NCBI GenBank assembly: GCA_965277285.1
Contig: OZ255721.1
Coordinates: 864,001-928,000 of the forward strand
Source of the DNA: Abditibacteriaceae bacterium
GTDB taxonomy: Bacteria; Armatimonadota; Abditibacteriia; Abditibacteriales; Abditibacteriaceae
DNA length: 64,000 nucleotides
Direction of reading: 5' to 3'
Below, piece after piece: positions 1 to 8,961 of the stretch. The notes beneath the pieces were generated by a model. The model saw nothing but the letters and a program-made list of their open reading frames with translations. It made no database searches and was not told the origin of the DNA. The position numbers were made by a program, and so were the translations under genes. How positions within the stretch are numbered: position 1 is the stretch's first letter; the number at the start of each line of letters is the position of its first letter.

Positions 1-288
1 GGTTGCGATTTCAAGAGTTGTAGCTGTCTCGAGATGACGAACCTGCCACATCTCGGAATTGTCTTCAACGCGTTCCACGCTCCAGCGCGAAGTTGCGAAG
101 GAAGCTGGCAACTTTTGAGAACAAGATGATAGCGGCGCGAAAAGAAGACGCGCGCTCTCTAACATTTCGGTATCTGAAGAAGACACTTCGCACAACAATG
201 GCAAAACTGCCAGCGGCTGCCAACGCAACGTTTGAGAACGATCTTGCTGATCGCTGGGCAAAGGTGTGGGAAGGGTTGCAGCGTTCAC
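1..288 (-). CDS. Partial hypothetical protein downstream of the PqqD/RRE gene (runs off the left edge); candidate RiPP tailoring enzyme
   Basis: Hand translation: open frame from GTG at 288 (VNAATLPTPLPSDQQDRSQTLRWQPL...WQVRHLETATTLEIAT) to position 1, with an in-frame TAA just upstream. Missing from the ORF track because it is truncated. Confidence 0.55.
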   Translation of the reverse strand, partial: MNAATLPTPLPSDQQDRSQTLRWQPLAVLPLLCEVSSSDTEMLESARLLFAPLSSCSQKLPASFATSRWSVERVEDNSEMWQVRHLETATTLEIAT

Positions 289-334
289 GAAGAAAGATTA
301 TGCGAAGAAAAGACGGCAAGAAGACGGCTGGTAA

Positions 335-616
335 TTACGGTTCTTGAAGCAAAAGTTGCTGCTGCAACAATTCGCGCAGGCAGTTTTCGACATCGGCTTG
401 CAACTGCGCGGCTTCAACTTGCGGAAATCGGGTTTGCAAACTTTGCGCGAGTTGATCGGCGCTGTGCGGCGTCTTCAACTGCTTCCATAAAAAGGCGCCG
501 GTGGGATTGAGCACGACGGCTTTACGCGAAACGTTGTCGTAAAGCACGGCGCGATCACCCACCGACGATGTTTCGACCGAAGAACTTTGGCTGTAAAGCA
601 TAAAATCGAAAGTCAA
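335..616 (-). CDS. PqqD family protein / RiPP recognition element (RRE)
   Basis: 93 aa with PqqD-type signature VVLNPTGAFLWKQL...QLAQSL..RF..VE...LQADVENCLRELL; TTG start overlaps the TGA of the upstream peptide. Confidence 0.85.
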   Translation of the reverse strand: MTFDFMLYSQSSSVETSSVGDRAVLYDNVSRKAVVLNPTGAFLWKQLKTPHSADQLAQSLQTRFPQVEAAQLQADVENCLRELLQQQLLLQEP

Positions 617-780
617 GCGAGTTGGGCGCCGCTCGGTGCCTGAATTCCAGCGTAAGCGACTTCGCGCTCTAAGTCTTCGTGCGTCAAAACGCTTTCGATG
701 CGTGGCGCTTCATAGCCGGCGCGCAGAGCAACGCTTTGTTCTTCAGAAGACTGATCCAACTCGACGTTGAAGGTGTTCAT
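613..780 (-). CDS. Putative RiPP precursor peptide 3 (55 aa)
   Basis: MNTFNVELDQSSEEQSVALRAGYEAPRIESVLTHEDLEREVAYAGIQAPSGAQLA*; GGAG SD upstream. Confidence 0.85.
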   Translation of the reverse strand: MNTFNVELDQSSEEQSVALRAGYEAPRIESVLTHEDLEREVAYAGIQAPSGAQLA

Positions 781-837
781 CGTTTTCTCCCGGTCAAAAT
801 TGACACGAATTTTGGTTAGACGCGCAGGAAAGCAAGA

Positions 838-999
838 TTAGGCAAGAGCAACGCCGGAACCTGCAACTCCGCCGGCATAAGCGACTTCGCGCTCCAAGTC
901 TTCGGGCGTCAAAACGCTTTCAATGCGCGGCGCTTCGTATGAGGAATCGGCAACCGCTTCGGTGACAGGGACTTGAATTTCGGCGATTTGCGTGTTCAT
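838..999 (-). CDS. Putative RiPP precursor peptide 2 (53 aa)
   Basis: MNTQIAEIQVPVTEAVADSSYEAPRIESVLTPEDLEREVAYAGGVAGSGVALA*; GGAG SD. Confidence 0.85.
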   Translation of the reverse strand: MNTQIAEIQVPVTEAVADSSYEAPRIESVLTPEDLEREVAYAGGVAGSGVALA

Positions 1000-1074
1000 G
1001 CGATTTCTCCGTACAAGTTATTTAAAATCACAACCGGAATGGTTGAGCTGTGATAATTTGCAAATCTTTGCTGA

Positions 1075-1233
1075 TTAAGTAGTTACCTGAGACGGCTGAG
1101 AGGTACCCGCATAAGCGACCTCGCGCTCCAGCGTTTCAGGTGTTAAAACCTCTTCTACGCGCGGCGCTTCATATTCAGCGACGTTTGGCGTCTGGGACTG
1201 GTCGGTATTTGGCGTCTGCAATTCGGAATTCAT
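1075..1233 (-). CDS. Putative RiPP precursor peptide 1 (52 aa)
   Basis: MNSELQTPNTDQSQTPNVAEYEAPRVEEVLTPETLEREVAYAGTSQPSQVTT*; GAGGAG SD. Confidence 0.85.
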   Translation of the reverse strand: MNSELQTPNTDQSQTPNVAEYEAPRVEEVLTPETLEREVAYAGTSQPSQVTT

Positions 1234-1457
1234 GTGATTCTCTCCTCAAGGTGGTGTCAATAGAACGGTGTGAACGCTTGTTTGCGTAGCCGTTGCGCGC
1301 AGTATAACTGCAGCACGTCGCGCTTCACAATGGCTTATTTGAAAGTTCTGCAACGCGTCCGCAAATTTGGTTAAACTGAGCCGCCGCAAGCGACTTTTCG
1401 TAACGATTTTCAGGACGCTTCATACGTTGGAGAACGTCTTCAGGAACTTCTTATTCC

Positions 1458-2195
1458 ATGAGTACTGCTCAAATTCACATTACGCTTAAACCGGCTTTGC
1501 TCGATACGCAAGGCACCACCGTTTTGAAAGCCTTGCGCCAGTTGGGACACGACAGCGTGCGCGACGTGCGCATCGGCAAATTAGTCGAAGTGCAACTCGA
1601 TGACACGCTGCCCGCCGCGCAACAACAGGCCGAAATCGAAACCATGTGCCGCCAACTGCTCGCCAATCCCGTCATCGAAGACTTCAGCATCGTTTTGAGC
1701 GATCCGACAGCCGCCAACGGACAGTCGAGTACTCGAAACGCTTCGCAAACCGTTGTTCCAACCGTCGTAACAACAGCGACAACGCTTCCCAGCACGACCT
1801 TTGCGCCCGCTTCTTCCGTGACGGAAACCACGCAAACCGCTTCGCCGACCAACCCGATTGTCAACGTCGTGCCAGCGCTGATGCCGGTTTCCAACGTCGA
1901 ACCTTTGGGCAGCGAACCGACGGCGATTGCCGAACCTTTTGCGGTTTCCTATCTCACTTACGGCGCGATGACATCGGACGAACAACTCGATTTACAAGGC
2001 CGCGCCTGGAACCTGCACGGCGCCGCCATTATGAACGAACTGAACACGCTGCGCGCCGCTTGGCTCGTCTGGTGCGGCAATCGAGTACTCAATAGCGGCG
2101 CCACTTTGGATTCGCTGCCGACCGATGCGCAACTCGCCGCCTGGGGCACACAAACCGATCTTGTGCCCTTCGTTTTCACACGGCCACCAGCTTAA
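1458..2195 (+). CDS. purS: FGAM synthase subunit PurS with long C-terminal extension
   Basis: LKPALLDTQG...VRIGK...MCRQLLANPVIEDF is the PurS signature; directly upstream of purQ. Confidence 0.85.
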   Translation: MSTAQIHITLKPALLDTQGTTVLKALRQLGHDSVRDVRIGKLVEVQLDDTLPAAQQQAEIETMCRQLLANPVIEDFSIVLSDPTAANGQSSTRNASQTVVPTVVTTATTLPSTTFAPASSVTETTQTASPTNPIVNVVPALMPVSNVEPLGSEPTAIAEPFAVSYLTYGAMTSDEQLDLQGRAWNLHGAAIMNELNTLRAAWLVWCGNRVLNSGATLDSLPTDAQLAAWGTQTDLVPFVFTRPPA

Positions 2196-2324
2196 CGACA
2201 AGGTGAAAGCAATGAGGAATGAGCGATGAGTAGGTAACGCAAATTGCAAACATCGAGTACTCGATTTGTCATTCGCGGCGAACACTCATTGCTCAATCCT
2301 CATCGCTCATCGCTTTCTACTCTT

Positions 2325-3113
2325 ATGCACTTTGGAATCATCGTCTTTCCCGGCACCAACTGCGAGCTCGATTGCGCGCACGTCATCGTCGATGTTTTAG
2401 GTCATACTGCCGCGCTCGTGTGGCATGAAGAAACCGATCTTTCGACCTTCGACGCCGTGATTTTGCCCGGCGGTTTCGCACATGGCGATTATCTGCGCAC
2501 TGGCGCGATTGCGCGTTTTTCGCCCGTGATGGATTCGGTCGCGCAATTTGCGAGTCTGGGCAAACCTGTCATCGGCATCTGCAACGGCTTTCAAATTTTA
2601 TGCGAAGCCGGACTTCTGCCCGGCGTTTTGCGGCGCAACCGCGAGCAGCATTTCATTTGTCGCGTCAATGCAACGGTTCGCATCGAAAACAACGCCAATC
2701 AGTTTTTACATTTGGCGCAAGTCGGCAATGTCCTGCACATGCCGATTCGTCATGGCGAAGGTTCCTATTACGCGGACGCCGACACACTCGCGCGCTTGGA
2801 AGCCAACGGCCAGGTTCTGCTGCGTTATTGTGACGCCAGCGGCACCATCTCCGACGCCGCGAACTCAAATGGCAGCGTTAACAACATCGCGGGAATTACC
2901 AACGAAGACGGCACCGTTTTTGGCTTGATGCCACATCCCGAAGCCGCCAGCGAGCCAATTTTAGGCAGCGCCGATGGCTTACTGATTTTCCGCTCGATGG
3001 TGACACGTTTCGGTGATGCGCAGCCGATTTCCGGCGATGGCGGCTTTTTCAACACCAACGCCGATCCGCTGGGAAGTTTGGCGGTTGGACGAGAAGCGAC
3101 ACAGGATTTTTAA
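2325..3113 (+). CDS. purQ: FGAM synthase glutaminase subunit PurQ
   Basis: IVFPGTNCE, LPGGFAHGDYLRTGAIA, GICNGFQIL and GLMPHPE motifs; start moved to ATG 2325. Confidence 0.97.
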   Translation: MHFGIIVFPGTNCELDCAHVIVDVLGHTAALVWHEETDLSTFDAVILPGGFAHGDYLRTGAIARFSPVMDSVAQFASLGKPVIGICNGFQILCEAGLLPGVLRRNREQHFICRVNATVRIENNANQFLHLAQVGNVLHMPIRHGEGSYYADADTLARLEANGQVLLRYCDASGTISDAANSNGSVNNIAGITNEDGTVFGLMPHPEAASEPILGSADGLLIFRSMVTRFGDAQPISGDGGFFNTNADPLGSLAVGREATQDF

Positions 3114-3214
3114 ATTCACCGTGAAGAGCGCGAAAGAAAAATCGAGTACTCGAAACTGAAGATGTGTCATTCTGAGAGGTTGAGAACAAAGAGCCAAAAA
3201 CGCTTGTAAGTGGA

Positions 3215-3288
3215 AGTTTGTCATTCTGAGCGCAGCGAAGAATCTACACCCGACGCCAGATTCTTCGCTGCGCTCAGAATGACAAACT
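3215..3288. repeat. REP-like inverted repeat, family A (GTCATTCTGAGCGCAGCGAAGAATCT)
   Basis: Perfect inverted pair; copies also at about 17071, 36819 and 41930. Confidence 0.9.
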
Positions 3289-3360
3289 ATGAGTTTGGCC
3301 ACTTTCCCCTGTTTTCGCCTTTTTTTCTGCGTCTTCGCGTCTCTGCGGTCTAAAATTACC

Positions 3361-3771
3361 ATGGCGATGTGGCTGCTCAAAACCGAACCTTCCGTTTATT
3401 CCTACGACGATTTAGAACGCGACAGGCAAACCGTTTGGGACGGTGTGACCAATAACGCGGCTTTGAAGAACATTCGCCAGATAAAAGAAGGTGACCGCGC
3501 GCTGATTTATCACAGCGGCGACGAACGCGCGATTATCGGTTTGGCTGAGGTGGTTCGCGGATTTTACGTCGATCCCGCAGGCGACGACGAGAAGTTAGCG
3601 GTTTGCGACGTGCGTTCGAGTACGCGATTGAAAAAGCCGGTGACATTGGCGCAAATCAAGGCGCATCCCGACTTGCAAAATTGGGAATTGGTGCGGCAAT
3701 CGCGGCTTTCAGTGCTTCCAGTTTCAGAAGAACAATGGCAAATCGTGCGCGCGATGAGCGAAGCCGTTTGA
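3361..3771 (+). CDS. EVE domain protein
   Basis: WLLKTEPSVYSYDDL..WDGVTN..A...GD....YHSG...LVRQSRLSV.PV. Confidence 0.93.
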   Translation: MAMWLLKTEPSVYSYDDLERDRQTVWDGVTNNAALKNIRQIKEGDRALIYHSGDERAIIGLAEVVRGFYVDPAGDDEKLAVCDVRSSTRLKKPVTLAQIKAHPDLQNWELVRQSRLSVLPVSEEQWQIVRAMSEAV

Positions 3772-3777
3772 GGTGAA

Positions 3778-4401
3778 ATGATGGCGACAAAAATTCAAGC
3801 GAAAACCACATCGAGTACTCGAATCAAAGCGCCGCGTGTTCGCCGCGACAATTTTGTTCTCACCGATTACAAAATGACGGTCGAGCAATGGGCGGCGATG
3901 CCTGATGTCAAGCCGCGCTACGAATTGATAGAGGGAAGGCTTGTTCAGAAGATGACGACAACATCAAAACACGCTTGGACAGTCGGACGATTGCTGGCAG
4001 CCTTCACGCGATGGGGCGACGATTTGGGCTGGATGTTTTTTCCCGAAGGCGTTGGAATTAGCCTGGGGCAGAACGACGGTGCAGTTGCCGATGTCGTGGG
4101 ATTCGCACCCGGCGCGCAACTTCACGCCGAAGAAACGTACTTTTCCGCCGTCCCGTTTCTGGTGGTCGAAGTTGTTTCGCGCAGCACGGCCAAGCGCGAC
4201 CGCAACGACAAGAAAATCGGTTACGCTCGAATTGGCGTTCAACTTTATCTCATCGCCGATCCCGACAAAAAGACGCTGGAAGTTTTCACTCTGAAAGATG
4301 GCAAGTATGGCGCGCCTCGAGTACTCGAAAGCGGCGAATCGTGGCAGCCGAGCGAACTGAATGGTTTGACGATTGAAGTCGAAACCTTGTGGATGAAATA
4401 A
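3778..4401 (+). CDS. Uma2/DUF820 family PD-(D/E)xK endonuclease-like protein
   Basis: RYELIEG...H...PFLVVEVVSRST..RDR.DK..GYARIGV..YLIADP. Confidence 0.9.
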   Translation: MMATKIQAKTTSSTRIKAPRVRRDNFVLTDYKMTVEQWAAMPDVKPRYELIEGRLVQKMTTTSKHAWTVGRLLAAFTRWGDDLGWMFFPEGVGISLGQNDGAVADVVGFAPGAQLHAEETYFSAVPFLVVEVVSRSTAKRDRNDKKIGYARIGVQLYLIADPDKKTLEVFTLKDGKYGAPRVLESGESWQPSELNGLTIEVETLWMK

Positions 4402-4404
4402 GTT

Positions 4405-4881
4405 ATGCAAAACAACTCGCCGTTTTCTGCGCCGCCTCCGATTCCAACGCCCGACGGCAACCTTCCGCCGCTGCAACCGCGCGACATGACAATGAATCGC
4501 AGTGATTGGAAAACTGCGCCATCCATTGTGCGCGGCTGGGCTTATCCGTTGACGTGGCTGGGAATCGTGATTTTGCCATTTGCTATCTTAGGTACGATGG
4601 CGCTTATCAGCCGCGCTGGCGCTATGGCCATTTTGCTACTGAGCTTTTTTGTGGCGTTGTTTGCTGCCGACATCTGGCTCAATCGAAATTTCAAGAAAGG
4701 CACGCCCGCCGCTTGGACGCTGCAAATCGTTTTATCGAGTTTGTCCATAATAGGTTTGCCAATCAGCTTGCTCACGCGTGGCGGCAACCCGATTGGCGGC
4801 GTAGTCGGCTTCCTCATTCACGCTTATCTCTTGTCGCAATGGTTCAAACCGGAAACCAAAGCCTGGTTCGGCAAAAGCTGA
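4405..4881 (+). CDS. Hypothetical membrane protein (about 4 TM)
   Basis: Four hydrophobic segments; co-oriented within the pur cluster. Confidence 0.7.
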   Translation: MQNNSPFSAPPPIPTPDGNLPPLQPRDMTMNRSDWKTAPSIVRGWAYPLTWLGIVILPFAILGTMALISRAGAMAILLLSFFVALFAADIWLNRNFKKGTPAAWTLQIVLSSLSIIGLPISLLTRGGNPIGGVVGFLIHAYLLSQWFKPETKAWFGKS

Positions 4882-4953
4882 CTATCGAGTACTCGAAATG
4901 CGCAACGCTCGGGCTTGATTGTCAAGCCCCTACAGAATTATCACTAAACAATT

Positions 4954-7209
4954 ATGCTCGAAAAAGCCCTTGCCCTCGGCATGAACGAGGAAGAATACAA
5001 CAAAGTCGTGGACATTTTGAAGCGCGAACCGACTTCGACCGAACTCGCCATGTATTCGGTCGAATGGAGCGAGCATTGCGGTTATCCGCGCTCGCGCTCG
5101 CTGCTCAAACTCTTGCCCAAACAAGGCCATTACGCATCTGTGGCGGGCGCTGACGTTGGCGGCATCGAGATCGAACCGAACCTGACTATCGTTTTTAAGA
5201 TGGAATCGCACAACCATCCCAGTCAAGTCGAGCCACGACAAGGTGCCGCAACCGGAATCGGCGGCATTGTGCGCGATATTTTCACGGTCGGCGCGCGCCC
5301 GATTGCGTGTCTGGATAGCTTGCGTTTCGGCAATTTGGATGACCCTGAACATGGCGCCAAAGCGCGTTATTTATTCGCAGGCGTGGTCGATGGAATCAGT
5401 TTCTACGGCAATTGTCTGGGGCTTCCAACGGTCGCGGGCGAAGTCGCTTTCAACAGTTCTTTTCGTGGCAACTGTCTGGTTGGCGCGATGAGCATCGGCG
5501 TCGTCGATTCGGACAAAATCGCGTCCGGCGCGGCGAGTGGCGCGGGCAATTCCGTGATGTATTTCGGCAACGCGACTGGACGCGACGGCATCGGCGGCTG
5601 CTCGATTTTGGCGTCGCACGAAATGGGCGATCTGGCGCAGCGACCGACCGTTCAAGTCGGTGACCCATTCGCTGAAAAGTGCTTGATCGAAGCGTGTCTG
5701 GAAGCGTTAAAAACCGGCGCGATTGTGTCGATGAAGGATATGGGCGCGGCGGGCTTGACGTGCACGACGTGCGAGCAGGCGGCGGCGGGCGGCGTTGGCA
5801 TGGACATCGATTTGAAGAATGTCCCGCTGCGCGAAGCCGATATGGAGCCGTTTGAAATTATGATGAGCGAGTCGCAGGAACGAATGCTCGCCGTGGTGCA
5901 AAGCGGGCGCGAAAACGAAGTCGCGGGAATTTTCACCAAATGGGGCGTTCATGCGCGCGTCTTGGGAAGCGTGACCGACGACGGCATTTTGACGATTCGC
6001 CAGAACGGACAAATCGTGGCGCAAATGACGGCGCAAAGTTTGGCCGATGCGCCGTTGTACGATTTGCCATCGCAAGAACCCGCTTACTTATCGAGTACTC
6101 GATCTTTCGATTTTGCGACCATCGAACAGCCGCAGAATTATCAAGATGTTCTGCTGCGACTTTTGCAGGCGCCCAACATCGCCAGCAAAGAATGGGTTTA
6201 CGAGCAGTACGATCACAGCGTGCAAATCAACACGGTGGTGCGTCCCGGTCAAGGCGATGCGGCGGTTTTGCGCATCCGCGAGTCGAAATTGGGCAAAGGC
6301 ATTGCGACCAAAGCCGATTGCAATTCGCGCTATTGCTATCTCGATCCGTTTGAAGGCGCGCGCATTGCGATTGCCGAATGCGCGCGCAACTTGGTTTGCG
6401 TCGGTGCGGAACCGGCGGGAATCACCGATTGCTTGTGTTTCGGCAATCCGGAAAAACCCGAACGTTTCTGGCAGTTTAAGCGCGCTATCGAAGGCATTGT
6501 CGAAGCGTGCGAGTTCTTCAAACTGCCGGTCGTCTCGGGCAACGTTTCGCTGTATAACGAAACCGCCGACAGCGCGATTTATCCCAGTCCGCTGATTGGC
6601 GCAGTTGGCGTTTTGGACAATGTGGAAAAAGCGGTCGGCATGGGTTTTCGTCGCGCGGGCGATACAATTGTTCAGCTCGGTCATTGTTTGGATGAATTGG
6701 GCGGCAGCGAATATCTGGCGACAATTCACAATCTGGAAACCGGCAGGCCGCCGCGACTTGATTTGCAAACTGAATTGAACGTGCAAAAGCTGACGCTGGA
6801 AGCGATCCGCGAGGGAATAATTCAATCGGCGCACGATTGCAGCGACGGCGGTTTAGCAATCGCGTTGGCGGAAAGTTGCATCGCGGGCGGGCTGGAAATG
6901 ACGGGAATCGGCGCTTCTATCGAACTTCCCGACACGATGGAAGCGCAATCGAGTACTCGATTGGACGCGCTGTTGTTCGGAGAAACGCAAAGTCGCATCG
7001 TGGTTTCGTTGATGCCAGAACATTTGCCGCGATTGCAACAATTGGCGCAGCAAATTGGCGTGCCGATTTCAGTTTTAGGAAATGTGGGCGGCGTCCATTT
7101 CACGTTGAGCGACAACCGGCGCGAGAACTTGCAAAATCTGATCAACGTACCAGTTGATGTGTTAAGTGTTGCTTATCGCGGTGCAATTCGGCGCTTGATG
7201 AACGGCTGA
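4954..7209 (+). CDS. purL: FGAM synthase subunit PurL
   Basis: WSEHCGY, FKMESHNHPS, DMGAAGL, SESQERM, VSGNVSLYNE. Confidence 0.98.
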   Translation: MLEKALALGMNEEEYNKVVDILKREPTSTELAMYSVEWSEHCGYPRSRSLLKLLPKQGHYASVAGADVGGIEIEPNLTIVFKMESHNHPSQVEPRQGAATGIGGIVRDIFTVGARPIACLDSLRFGNLDDPEHGAKARYLFAGVVDGISFYGNCLGLPTVAGEVAFNSSFRGNCLVGAMSIGVVDSDKIASGAASGAGNSVMYFGNATGRDGIGGCSILASHEMGDLAQRPTVQVGDPFAEKCLIEACLEALKTGAIVSMKDMGAAGLTCTTCEQAAAGGVGMDIDLKNVPLREADMEPFEIMMSESQERMLAVVQSGRENEVAGIFTKWGVHARVLGSVTDDGILTIRQNGQIVAQMTAQSLADAPLYDLPSQEPAYLSSTRSFDFATIEQPQNYQDVLLRLLQAPNIASKEWVYEQYDHSVQINTVVRPGQGDAAVLRIRESKLGKGIATKADCNSRYCYLDPFEGARIAIAECARNLVCVGAEPAGITDCLCFGNPEKPERFWQFKRAIEGIVEACEFFKLPVVSGNVSLYNETADSAIYPSPLIGAVGVLDNVEKAVGMGFRRAGDTIVQLGHCLDELGGSEYLATIHNLETGRPPRLDLQTELNVQKLTLEAIREGIIQSAHDCSDGGLAIALAESCIAGGLEMTGIGASIELPDTMEAQSSTRLDALLFGETQSRIVVSLMPEHLPRLQQLAQQIGVPISVLGNVGGVHFTLSDNRRENLQNLINVPVDVLSVAYRGAIRRLMNG

Positions 7210-7227
7210 TTGTTCTGCGGTATCGGG

Positions 7228-8238
7228 CTACGCGGTAGCACAAAGCAAATTGTGGCACACGACCTGATTGCGTCCATTGGCTTTGGCGCGATAGAGCGCT
7301 TTGTCGGCGGCTTCCAGCAGATCTGTGTCGTCAAAAGGCATTTGGTGCCAATCGTCTGGATCCACACAATCCATGGTAACAGCGCCGATACTGGCTGTAA
7401 CGGGTCGCTGAAAAACATTCATTTTCTCAATTTCTCGCCGGAAACGTTCCGCCATCGCGCATGCGCCTGCGTTTCCCGTATTCGGCAAGATTACGACAAA
7501 TTCTTCACCGCCATAGCGCGCCACGCAATCGGTGGCGCGCGCAGATTTTTGCAGCGTTTGCGCCAGGTTATGCAACAACTCATCGCCAGCGCGATGTCCA
7601 AAATTGTCGTTGAACAATTTGAAGAAATCTACATCGAGCAACAAAAGCGACATGGCCTGTCCGTAGCGTTTGGCGCGTTCGACTTCGGTATTTAGAATGT
7701 CATCAAAGGCGCGACGGTTGCGCACCTGCGTGAGCGTGTCAGTGCGACTTTGGCGATGAAATTCCATTTGCATCATCACTTGCCGCGACAACGCATGTAG
7801 CGCTTCTTGCTGGCGTGGCGCCAAGTCGCGGGGCGCGCGGTCAATTACGCAAATCGTGCCCAAAGGCTGGCCCTGCGATGTCACTAAAGGCGCGCCCGCA
7901 TAGAATTGAATGTGCGGCGCACTGGTCACGAGAGAATTATTAGAAAAGCGGGCATCCAGGCGCGCATCAGGCACCAGAAAGAGGCTTTCGGGTTGCAAAA
8001 TGGCGTGTGCGCAAAATGAAAGTTCGCGCGGTGTTTGTGTCACTCCTAGTCCCAAATGCGACTTGAACCATTGCCGATCCTGATCAACCAGGCTCACCAG
8101 CGCGATGGGCGTATCGCAAACAAGCGAAGCCAAAAGAGTGACGTCTTCGTAAGCTTTTTCAGGTAACGTGTCCAAAATGTCATAACGACGAAGTGCTTCG
8201 AGACGCACTTCTTCATTGTCAGGAAGTTCCGCTTTCAT
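7228..8238 (-). CDS. GAF-GGDEF diguanylate cyclase
   Basis: EEVRLEAL..Y.ILDT GAF; DVDFFKLFND.FGH..GD; RYGGEEF. Confidence 0.95.
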   Translation of the reverse strand: MKAELPDNEEVRLEALRRYDILDTLPEKAYEDVTLLASLVCDTPIALVSLVDQDRQWFKSHLGLGVTQTPRELSFCAHAILQPESLFLVPDARLDARFSNNSLVTSAPHIQFYAGAPLVTSQGQPLGTICVIDRAPRDLAPRQQEALHALSRQVMMQMEFHRQSRTDTLTQVRNRRAFDDILNTEVERAKRYGQAMSLLLLDVDFFKLFNDNFGHRAGDELLHNLAQTLQKSARATDCVARYGGEEFVVILPNTGNAGACAMAERFRREIEKMNVFQRPVTASIGAVTMDCVDPDDWHQMPFDDTDLLEAADKALYRAKANGRNQVVCHNLLCATA

Positions 8239-8440
8239 AAAGGCGAGTGACGCAACGAATATGCCATGTTATACAATCGCTAAATATGTGTTCTCCAGCG
8301 TATTGAAAAAGTTTAGAACTGCTGTCACACTGTGGCGTCGGCAGCAAAGTTCTTAACAGGGTAAAGTGACTCAGTCACCAGTTTTGGCCGTTGCATTTTC
8401 GATTTTGTACGCGCTGTGAGAACTCGCAAGGACGGCTCCC

Positions 8441-8659
8441 ATGACCATCAAAATTCTTTTTCTCAGTGTTTTTTGCACCACTTTTTTTGCTTTGGCGCCC
8501 GCGGTTCATGCTGCGCCATCACGGGCACCCTTTCACGCGAATCAAATCGCGGTATCAGTGGCAATCGTCGCTGTTGACGCGGACGATTCGTCGGATGATG
8601 GAAAAAAGACGAAACCGAAGCCAAAGCCTGGCCCGCGCGATGACGGCGATGGCGACTAA
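8441..8659 (+). CDS. Small secreted hypothetical protein
   Basis: Signal peptide ending AVHA-A; AGGA SD; followed by a terminator. Confidence 0.55.
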   Translation: MTIKILFLSVFCTTFFALAPAVHAAPSRAPFHANQIAVSVAIVAVDADDSSDDGKKTKPKPKPGPRDDGDGD

Positions 8660-8688
8660 CTGAAAATCTTTCGTTTTCCGATAATCTG

Positions 8689-8728
8689 AAAGACCGATTG
8701 AGTATTCGAGTACTCGATCGGTCTTTTT
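8689..8728 (+). terminator. Rho-independent terminator containing the 12-bp palindrome
   Basis: AAAGACCGATTGAGTA..TACTCGATCGGTCTTTTT. Confidence 0.75.
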
Positions 8729-8961
8729 GTTGTCTATCAATTTTGGCTATGTTGTCTTTAGGTTAAGAATGGTACAATAGAAGGGTTCCCAACGAAGCCC
8801 GGCGCGTCCTTTTGTCGCGTTCAACTGCCGACCTTTTCCGCGTTCACCGTTGGTTCGCTTGTCTCAACGTTGATCGTATTTCAAGTTGTCCTAAAGAGCT
8901 GTTCTGAACATTGTTCGCCGATTGTCGTGCGTTTGCATGGCGACGATCAGGAGATTCCTCG

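Noticed and set aside
65..510. Track ORFs 65..319, 93..347 and 232..510
   Set aside because: They overlap the better-supported minus-strand RRE gene and the 1..288 frame
613..1233. Calling the peptides lasso-peptide or spliceotide precursors
   Set aside because: The tails lack an Asp/Glu at positions 7-9 and the leader lacks the -2 Thr; the motif is YAG, not the XYG used by spliceases; no cyclase or radical SAM gene is visible in the window
613..1233. CRISPR array suggested by three spaced DNA repeats
   Set aside because: The repeats are coding, differ at synonymous positions, are over 60 bp long and have no cas genes nearby
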